Shown here: positions 15,969-22,476 of the stretch, piece by piece
How positions within the stretch are numbered: position 1 is the stretch's first letter
Layout: every line of letters starts with the position of its first letter
Source of the DNA: a virus
Lineage: Duplodnaviria; Caudoviricetes
DNA: 34,443 nt
Reading direction: 5' to 3' (one strand)
Virus record (IMG/VR): IMGVR_UViG_3300025082_000031
Span: 1-34,443 of that record
The notes under the pieces: generated by a model
Database searches by the model: none
What the model was told of the DNA's origin: nothing
What the model saw: the letters and a program-made list of their open reading frames with translations, nothing else
Made by a program: the position numbers and the translations under genes

Positions 15969-16915
15969 TTTGGCCCCTCTCCATGTTCAAAAGTTTTCAG
16001 CTTTTCCTTTCCGAATTGCACCAGATCTTTCACATCAGCTTCACTCATAATGGCAGGCCATTTAAGTTTTTCACCGGCTTTTAAATAAGCTTCCAGATCT
16101 CTTTTCCTGGTGTAGTTTCCAATTTTATTCTTGGCTATTTCTTTAGGTGATTCACCTACTTCAAAAGGCACTGTTCCAGATTTAGTTTCAACATCTTTGG
16201 TGACAATCTCCTCGGCGGCTTGCACCAGGTGTTTCACTTCGGATTCAGATCCATTAGTTTCTTCCTGTTTTTTCTCTTCATCCATCATTAGTTTTACTTC
16301 TTCTGCTGCTGTTTCCAGGCGCTTTTCTAAGTCAGTGCCGGAACCTTCTGGGGTTATGTCTTTAGTTTTTAATTCTTCAACTGTTTTGTTTGCCATTTCC
16401 TCAATGGAGTAGATGCCTGCCAAGATGTCGGGGAATGCTTCCCGTGCTGCGAACATTCCGGCACGCCAGTACAGCATGTTTTCCGCATAGGCTGTCCATG
16501 CTCCTCCACCTTTAACAAGACCTGCGGCCTTTGCTTGATCTAATGTGAAAGTCCTGCTGGATTCAACTCCATCACGCAGATAAGTGACGGTGCAGGAATA
16601 GGCTTGACCGTTTTTGGACTCACGTTTGATTGTCGGAGGTTTGTCGGCATGGGGAAGGACTAAACCCATTGCTGCAATTGCAGTAAGATGGACCGTGTTA
16701 TGCAGCGGGTATAAATTATGAAGGGACTGCATTGGACTCCACCCATGCCCACGCCCCATCTGTATAGCAGTGAAAACTTGCTCTGGTGTTTTAAAAACTC
16801 CGGTCATTTGAGATGCAGACAATGCTTTTGAGAGTCTGAAATCATAATCGAAAAGGGCCATTTCCTTTTCTAGGTGCATTTTTGGCTTTGCTGCAAGTGC
16901 AGTCTCTTCATTCAT
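15965..16915 (-). CDS. RecT/Red-beta-like single-strand annealing protein
   Basis: AIQMG..HGWSPMQSL, FTLDQAKAAGL....W......ML..RA...AAR..FPDIL.GIYS.EE motifs; near the RecE-like exonuclease. Confidence 0.8.
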   Translation of the reverse strand: MNEETALAAKPKMHLEKEMALFDYDFRLSKALSASQMTGVFKTPEQVFTAIQMGRGHGWSPMQSLHNLYPLHNTVHLTAIAAMGLVLPHADKPPTIKRESKNGQAYSCTVTYLRDGVESSRTFTLDQAKAAGLVKGGGAWTAYAENMLYWRAGMFAAREAFPDILAGIYSIEEMANKTVEELKTKDITPEGSGTDLEKRLETAAEEVKLMMDEEKKQEETNGSESEVKHLVQAAEEIVTKDVETKSGTVPFEVGESPKEIAKNKIGNYTRKRDLEAYLKAGEKLKWPAIMSEADVKDLVQFGKEKLKTFEHGEGPK

Positions 16916-17399
16916 TTGTTCCTTTCATTTCATTTAAGATATCCGCCAGGCAAATCCAGCGGGGTACATCCAGCGGAGCCACATAGGTTTCCGCCTCAGT
17001 TCCTCGGTTATGGTGGACGCGCCGGACTTCCCACCGATGCCGGGTGTCCGAGTTGATCATTGCCGCGTGCGTCCCGGTGCGGTTTAAAATAATAAATCCC
17101 AAAGGTCTTTCCCCTTGGTCAAAGGATGATTTTCCGGTCACCAGAATATCCGGGAATGGATAGTCTTCCCGGCATGTCCAATCGATGGTTCTTTGCTTCA
17201 CTTCCAAGCGTTTCAAAATGTGAAGATCCCCAAGATCCCGGAAGACATCCCGCTGCTGTGGTGTCGGTGCCTTATGCATTCCATTCATCTGAATGGTCTG
17301 ACCTAACCGGGTTAAATAAACTGCCACCGCGCAGACTGCTTGCTGCGACTTTTCCAGTGCAGCCAGGAATCCCTGGTGCGTCTGTTTGAGATCAATCAA
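16908..17399 (-). CDS. Hypothetical protein, possible PD-(D/E)XK nuclease fold
   Basis: DLGDL...LEVKQR motif; TTG start. Confidence 0.5.
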   Translation of the reverse strand: MIDLKQTHQGFLAALEKSQQAVCAVAVYLTRLGQTIQMNGMHKAPTPQQRDVFRDLGDLHILKRLEVKQRTIDWTCREDYPFPDILVTGKSSFDQGERPLGFIILNRTGTHAAMINSDTRHRWEVRRVHHNRGTEAETYVAPLDVPRWICLADILNEMKGTNE

Positions 17400-17412
17400 A
17401 AGTACACAGTCT

Positions 17413-17452
17413 GTTTACCCGTTTACTCGTTTACCCGTTTGCTCGTTTGCCC
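17413..17452 (+). repeat. Five tandem 8-bp repeats GTTTRCYC
   Basis: gtttaccc gtttactc gtttaccc gtttgctc gtttgccc in a non-coding gap. Confidence 0.85.
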
Positions 17453-17553
17453 CAACAAACGATCTGACAAATGTGCGCTTTTTAGGGCGTGGTCTGCGCC
17501 CCAAAATACGCCCCATATTTGCAGACTAAATGCAGACAGTCTGCGTTAGTCTG

Positions 17554-18408
17554 TTATGGCCATTCCAGTTTCCGCCGCATCCAATCTGGTACTTCCATGG
17601 GCTGCTGGTTCCTCGCATATCCTTCCGGTCTTCCCTTTTCCAGATAGGCTTCCCACTTCTGCACCGCCCTGGTGACCATGCCGATTCCGATGTCAATCCA
17701 CTCAGGATCAATCGGCAGCACGTTCACTTGGTAGGGCGGTTCTATTTCAATAAGAATGTAGTAATAACCATGGACGGTGAAACCGAGCTGACGCCACACC
17801 TCAACCTGGATGCCGGCCTGGATAAAAGTTTTGTAATTGAAGAAATCTTTGAGCCACGCATCACGCGAGCCTTTCCCGAGCTGGCGGGATTTGATATCAA
17901 CCAGGTCATTGCAGAATTCAGAACAATCCAGATCGGGGCGTGCCTTCACTGGTGTCCGCAGCACCTGGCCGAATCCTGAGATTTCTTTTTTGGAATGTTC
18001 TAAAAATAGTTTTGCTTCTGGATGTTTCCAGGCTGCTTCACTGCAGCGTTCCGCCGTCAGAAACTGGTGGTGGCGCAGCGGAATTTTGTCTTCACTGACT
18101 TCCTGGAAAATCTGCCATTGGTCTTTCCCGGACTTGGTGTTCAGTTTCACATCCGGACCATGAGCGTATTTTTTGTGGAAGGATTCCGGGTCTTCGGTTG
18201 CCTCATGGATTAGGGTGCCGAGGATCATGGCGTCAGTCGATGCCTGGGGATTTTTCTTTTTATAATCTGCATACGCTGGTGAGACTTCCACATCCATCAG
18301 ATTGTGTGCAGATAACTCTGGCCGTGCATGATATTCCTCATTGGGCAGATTATCGTGCATTGAAAGCACAGGTTTTAAAACGGAACACAGCTCTTTATTT
18401 TCTCCCAT
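17554..18408 (-). CDS. RecE/exonuclease VIII-like PD-(D/E)XK nuclease
   Basis: NEEYHA...LS, AMILGTLIH, KARPD, VDIKS, Y..QA motifs. Confidence 0.85.
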   Translation of the reverse strand: MGENKELCSVLKPVLSMHDNLPNEEYHARPELSAHNLMDVEVSPAYADYKKKNPQASTDAMILGTLIHEATEDPESFHKKYAHGPDVKLNTKSGKDQWQIFQEVSEDKIPLRHHQFLTAERCSEAAWKHPEAKLFLEHSKKEISGFGQVLRTPVKARPDLDCSEFCNDLVDIKSRQLGKGSRDAWLKDFFNYKTFIQAGIQVEVWRQLGFTVHGYYYILIEIEPPYQVNVLPIDPEWIDIGIGMVTRAVQKWEAYLEKGRPEGYARNQQPMEVPDWMRRKLEWP

Positions 18409-18773
18409 GTGTTTGATCTGAGTTGGGAAACTACTTCTTGGACATCATAGATGCTTCGTACAATGTAGTAATGTGAACCAAATGAGGTAACCATTCGCTC
18501 AAAGCCGAGTTGGTTTTCATTCTGGGTGCCTTTGGCGGATTTGACTTCCAACCATGCGGATACCGGGATGCCCTCAACCATGACAGTGAGGTGGATGTCT
18601 GCCATGCCGGCATTGGATGATTTCCGGAAGCCGCGTCTTTCACCAGTAACCGGGTCTTTCAGTGGAACGCCGATGACATTAATGCGGAACATCTGAACGC
18701 CGCGCTGCCAGGCGCCCCACTCCATAATGGCGGATTGGATTTTTGACTCTGGTTCCTTCAGTCGAGATCCCAT
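18375..18773 (-). CDS. VRR-NUC family nuclease (Holliday junction resolvase-like)
   Basis: ESKIQ..I, GMADI, LEVKS.KG.Q...Q..F, Y.IVRS. Confidence 0.85.
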   Translation of the reverse strand: MGSRLKEPESKIQSAIMEWGAWQRGVQMFRINVIGVPLKDPVTGERRGFRKSSNAGMADIHLTVMVEGIPVSAWLEVKSAKGTQNENQLGFERMVTSFGSHYYIVRSIYDVQEVVSQLRSNTWEKIKSCVPF

Positions 18774-18943
18774 GACTTGTTCTTCATTTCTTCCATTTCC
18801 TTTTCCAACCGGGTCAAGGTTTTGGTCTGTTCAATCTCTGGGAGGATCTTGTGGGCAATTTTAAAAAAGGTCTGAAGATCATTCTGAAGATCCCGCATGG
18901 CGGACGTATGATCTTGCAAAATTTTCTTTTCATTATTTTCCAT
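18758..18943 (-). CDS. Hypothetical helical protein, first gene of the early operon (61 aa)
   Basis: ATG 18943 MENNEKK...; overlaps the next gene's start. Confidence 0.55.
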   Translation of the reverse strand: MENNEKKILQDHTSAMRDLQNDLQTFFKIAHKILPEIEQTKTLTRLEKEMEEMKNKSWDLD

Positions 18944-18960
18944 TTTCTGTACTATTGCCC

Positions 18961-18989
18961 TTGACCTTCTGTCGTTATGTTGATATATT
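18961..18989 (+). promoter_or_regulatory. Putative lysogenic promoter TTGACC-17-TATATT
   Basis: Near-consensus sigma70 hexamers upstream of the integrase. Confidence 0.6.
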
Positions 18990-19017
18990 GTACATAAAGA
19001 ATGAATAACGCACAATG

Positions 19018-19046
19018 AAAGTGCATCTAAGGTTAATGAATGTCAA
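19018..19046 (-). promoter_or_regulatory. Putative lytic/early promoter TTGACA-17-CACTTT
   Basis: Perfect -35 and weaker -10, pointing toward the early operon. Confidence 0.45.
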
Positions 19047-19065
19047 CAAGAACACAAGAGGAAAA

Positions 19066-20301
19066 ATGAAAAATCTGAAAGAACTCAAGAATTTTAAGGG
19101 GAATCTAAGGGACCAACCGTTTGGACTTTTCCCGATTAATAAAAGACAATTCAAAGCTTCTGATATTCCAAAACTCACACCGGAAGAAGTGAATGTCCGC
19201 GCACTCCTGTCAAATCCCAATGGCACTAACAAACTCCGCCCCATCATCTGCACCGTTGCAGATCTCCCAGATACCGATCAGTTAGAATTCATCCTCGGCA
19301 AAGTTCGCCAACTCCGGGAAAATGCTGCGGTTTCTGAAACATCAGCAGCAGGCGCTGAAGGTGTCCGCACCCTTTCCACACTCATTAAAAAATATTTGAT
19401 TGAAGTTGCACCAGAAAAGAAAAGCGCCTGGGACATCCGCGCACGCCTCACCATCTGGGAGGAAAAGCTTGGATCAAAGACCCTGGAAGAAGTCACTCCT
19501 GCAGATATCTCCGCGATCAAACGTGAGTTGAATAAGACGCGCAGCGGCGCCACTGTTAATCGATTCCTTGGTGTTCTCTCCGCCGTCTTCAGCTACGCGA
19601 TCCGCGAGCTTCACTGGATTCAATCCAATCCACTTTCCCAGGTTCAAAAGTTCAAAGAAAACAATGACCGAATCCGCTGGTTGAATGATGAGGAACGCGA
19701 GCAGCTGTTTGCTGGATTAGAAAAATCCGAAAGCCGCGAGCTGAAAGATCTGGTGATTTTCTGCTTGGCAACCGGATGCCGCAAAGGTGAGGCACTTGGA
19801 TTGACCTGGGATGATATTGATTTTGAAAGCGGCAGTATTGAATTCAAATCAGTTCGCCGCCGTGTTCTTTGCTCGGAAGCATTCATTGATGAGAAGACCG
19901 GCCAGGTGAATCTCTCTTTTAAAAAGAATCAGCATGATGCTGGATTGAAGAATAAATCAAAGATCAAAAAACTGAGCATTGATGATCCTGCATTTAGTCC
20001 ACTAGTGACGATATTGAAGGAACGCAAGTTCCGGCTGCAGTCAGAATCTAATTTTGTTTTCCCACATGACCCACGGCACGCATGGCAGAATTTGATCAAG
20101 CGCACCGGTCTGAAGGATTTCAAATTCCATGACCTTCGCCACACCTGTGCATCCTACGCGATCCAGGCCGGCAAGACCCTTTTAGAGGTTGCAGTTCAGT
20201 TAGGTCATGAGTCCCTGGTCAGCGCAAAACGATACGCGCATCATGATCCAAAGGCCAATGTCGGAACCGGAGCAGCAGTCGCATCAAGACTTTTTGGATG
20301 A
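19066..20301 (+). CDS. int: Tyrosine recombinase / phage integrase (likely start 19066)
   Basis: ATGCRKGE (R), HDLRHT (HxxR), LGH, RYAH (Y); AGAGG RBS before ATG 19066. Confidence 0.95.
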   Translation: MKNLKELKNFKGNLRDQPFGLFPINKRQFKASDIPKLTPEEVNVRALLSNPNGTNKLRPIICTVADLPDTDQLEFILGKVRQLRENAAVSETSAAGAEGVRTLSTLIKKYLIEVAPEKKSAWDIRARLTIWEEKLGSKTLEEVTPADISAIKRELNKTRSGATVNRFLGVLSAVFSYAIRELHWIQSNPLSQVQKFKENNDRIRWLNDEEREQLFAGLEKSESRELKDLVIFCLATGCRKGEALGLTWDDIDFESGSIEFKSVRRRVLCSEAFIDEKTGQVNLSFKKNQHDAGLKNKSKIKKLSIDDPAFSPLVTILKERKFRLQSESNFVFPHDPRHAWQNLIKRTGLKDFKFHDLRHTCASYAIQAGKTLLEVAVQLGHESLVSAKRYAHHDPKANVGTGAAVASRLFG

Positions 20302-20330
20302 CTTTGTTTTGACTGACTTTTGAAGGACAA

Positions 20331-20690
20331 ATGGAACTAACCAAGGAAGAATTAAAAGATCAAGGACGCCGGATCAAGAAGATCCGCCAGGAACAGAATC
20401 TGAAGCAGGATGATTTCTGCGCTGCATTGGGCATCAGCAGATTCAGTCTGGGAAGGATCGAAAGAGGTGACCAAGCAATCGATGCTACATCACTTTATAA
20501 CCTTAAAACAAAATACGATGTCTCTGCGGATTGGATTCTTTTTGGGAAGGATCTAGGAGCAAATACAGCTTTAGAAAAAGAGCTGGAAACTTTAAAGCAA
20601 CGACTCGCAGATAAAGAAGAAATTATCCACCTTTTGAAAAAGACTGCCGGTTTGTGTAATGAGGTTAAAAGGATTATTAATAGTACATAA
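20331..20690 (+). CDS. XRE-family HTH repressor (cI-like, no S24 peptidase domain seen)
   Basis: GRRIKKIRQEQNLKQDDFCAALGISRFSLGRIERG...VSADWILFG; C-terminal coiled coil. Confidence 0.85.
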   Translation: MELTKEELKDQGRRIKKIRQEQNLKQDDFCAALGISRFSLGRIERGDQAIDATSLYNLKTKYDVSADWILFGKDLGANTALEKELETLKQRLADKEEIIHLLKKTAGLCNEVKRIINST

Positions 20691-20897
20691 ACGATCACCC
20701 ATCAATCACCCATGGCTAAATCGGATGTCACCCTAAACCCGTAAACCGTTGCAAACAGTACACGGAGGTGGATGCGTCACTGGTGGGCGTCCCGGTCTTC
20801 AAAACTGGGGCGGTTCAATAATATCAATGGGTTAGCTATAAAAATATCAATCACAATCAATCACCCAGGGGGGTTTCAATCACCCAAACGATCACCC
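20690..20897 (+). promoter_or_regulatory. attP: attP region with arm-type repeats (ATCACCC core) and an IHF site
   Basis: aacgatcaccc/atcaatcaccc at 20690, 20701, 20856, 20875 and 20887 flank a tRNA fragment; TATCAAtgggTTA at 20822-20834 fits the IHF consensus WATCAANNNNTTR. Confidence 0.8.
20764..20808 (+). tRNA. selC: Partial tRNA-Sec, 5' half only (attP core), anticodon UCA
   Basis: GGAGGTGG 8-nt acceptor strand, extended D stem around a TGGT loop, CCGGT-CTTCAAA-ACTGG anticodon arm; no variable arm, T arm or 3' acceptor strand follows. Confidence 0.8.
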
Positions 20898-20976
20898 ACA
20901 CATATTAATGTTTCAGATTTACGCACCGGTTTTCCACCAGGGCGTTTTTTTCTCGGCGGGAGTTTGCCGGGGTACA

Positions 20977-21174
20977 TCATAGTTTTAAATGTCTTGGAAG
21001 GTGATGCATGATTGCGTTTTTTGCCTCATCCGATATTTGCCCCATTGCTGATTTGGAAAACTTTTTTGCATCATCTGCTTTTAGATCATTGTCCTCCGAA
21101 TTAACTGCATCGAATAAAAACTGTGCGCCCCATTGAATAATTTCAACGGCAACTTTCATCTCTAATGGTGTCAT
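20977..21174 (-). CDS. Hypothetical protein (65 aa), last late gene
   Basis: ATGA-coupled ORF. Confidence 0.65.
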   Translation of the reverse strand: MTPLEMKVAVEIIQWGAQFLFDAVNSEDNDLKADDAKKFSKSAMGQISDEAKNAIMHHLPRHLKL

Positions 21175-21278
21175 TTCTTTTTCCTTATTTTAGTACCATG
21201 TTTTTTCTTCCAGGATTTATAAATCTTGGGTTTATTAATCGCGAGGTAGCTGCGCTGCTTTTTCGATTTAAAAGGCAT
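21171..21278 (-). CDS. Small very basic protein (35 aa; not in ORF track)
   Basis: MPFKSKKQRSYLAINKPKIYKSWKKKHGTKIRKKK; TGATG and ATGA coupling on both sides. Confidence 0.7.
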   Translation of the reverse strand: MPFKSKKQRSYLAINKPKIYKSWKKKHGTKIRKKK

Positions 21279-21790
21279 CAGCTTTTCCTTCTTACCGGAT
21301 AATTCCAGAACCCACTCGATCCTGCTGCACGCTCAACCCCATCGATGTGGAGAAACCGATCTTTAATGTCTCCGGTTTGCGCCACTCCTAGACCGGATGC
21401 CCCGACATTCTGTGCTACTGAAAAAAGGATCTTTGCTTCCACGCCCCAGATCAAAACATCCACGGCCAGGCCACCGTTTTCCTGGAAGGTATGTGGCCCA
21501 TTCGGCACCGAGGAAACTTTTGAATTATGGTTGTCACATCGGAATGCTGAACTAAGGAACATGGGCTTGCCGTATGCTTTCCGGATCTGCTCCAAGAGCT
21601 TCACAAACTCTGGGTCCATGTCGGCACGTTTACAGTCACCACACCGGCAAACCATTTCATCAAAGGAAAAGTGTTCTGATATCATTTTGGCCATGGTAAT
21701 AAGTCCTATGGGATAAATTAAAAATTCCCGGCGTGTCAGCTTGGTGTCATTCTTCCAAAGCTTTCCGCACCAGATCAAGAGCTTGGTCAT
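21278..21790 (-). CDS. Endolysin, peptidase M15A-type zinc peptidase (start 21694 or 21790 uncertain)
   Basis: HFSFDEM.CRCG, SSAFRC..HN..V, H...G.AVD, FLHID. Confidence 0.85.
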   Translation of the reverse strand: MTKLLIWCGKLWKNDTKLTRREFLIYPIGLITMAKMISEHFSFDEMVCRCGDCKRADMDPEFVKLLEQIRKAYGKPMFLSSAFRCDNHNSKVSSVPNGPHTFQENGGLAVDVLIWGVEAKILFSVAQNVGASGLGVAQTGDIKDRFLHIDGVERAAGSSGFWNYPVRRKS

Positions 21791-21901
21791 CCAATTTATT
21801 TTGGGTGGATTGAACCAGGGTGCTAAGTAAAAGAATTGTGATTTGAATGACAAATTTTTCGCTGGTCAGTTTCTGGAGAATGGTGGCTACAAATTTAGGC
21901 A

Positions 21902-22114
21902 TTACGTTTTTCCGTTACTGTCATTGGCTTCCGTTGAGTCAAACCAATACCCGACGCATTGGCTCAACTGAGCTGCTGAAGCACCCACTATTACACTGCT
22001 GATTGTCTGCATGGTGTCTGCGATCTCCACTAAAAAAATCAACACTAGGTTGGTGAAAAAAATTCCCATCAAACACAGGGTTAAAATCAACCGGGCGTAT
22101 ATCTTTGCAGTCAT
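21902..22114 (-). CDS. Putative holin (two hydrophobic segments)
   Basis: 70 aa, two TM-like stretches, directly upstream of the endolysin. Confidence 0.6.
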   Translation of the reverse strand: MTAKIYARLILTLCLMGIFFTNLVLIFLVEIADTMQTISSVIVGASAAQLSQCVGYWFDSTEANDSNGKT

Positions 22115-22476
22115 AATCTAATCCGCTCAAGTTCCCTGCTGATGTTCTGAAGTTCCACGCCATGCTCCACCAGGGTCTTGTTACTTTCCTTGATCACATC
22201 CAGTAGCCGCCCTTCCAGCTCACGCCGATCCGCCCGTGCCTGACCATTTGTTTTCCAGATGAACCAGCTTAAAAAAATAAGTCCAACCCCAGAGATCCCT
22301 TGGTTTAAAAGAACCTCAAGAACCTGTTCAGTAGGATCTTTGTGGTCCTGATGCTGTGGCATACGGGAATATCCGTGACTCTGGTCATATCGGTCCTGGT
22401 GTTCCCTTGCCTCCAGTTTGTCTGCAGATGCGGGAGCAGCCCATAACCATAGAATAATAAGTGCTGAGACTTTCAT
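22111..22476 (-). CDS. Membrane-associated hypothetical protein (signal peptide, TM, coiled coil)
   Basis: MKVSALIILWLWAAPASA; GISGVGLIFLSWFIW; C-terminal coiled coil; next to lysis genes. Confidence 0.6.
   Translation of the reverse strand: MKVSALIILWLWAAPASADKLEAREHQDRYDQSHGYSRMPQHQDHKDPTEQVLEVLLNQGISGVGLIFLSWFIWKTNGQARADRRELEGRLLDVIKESNKTLVEHGVELQNISRELERIRL

Noticed and set aside
17413-17452. CRISPR mini-array
   Set aside because: 8-bp units without spacers; no cas genes
20764-20860. Full-length phage tRNA-Sec or opal suppressor implying UGA recoding
   Set aside because: No variable arm, T arm or 3' acceptor strand; TGA is used as an ordinary stop with ATGA/TGATG coupling throughout the genome
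20921-20951. Rho-independent terminator after attP
   Set aside because: The stem before the T run has two mismatches; too weak to call
20772-21011. 79-aa plus-strand ORF
   Set aside because: Runs over the attP core and arm repeats and overlaps a convergent gene
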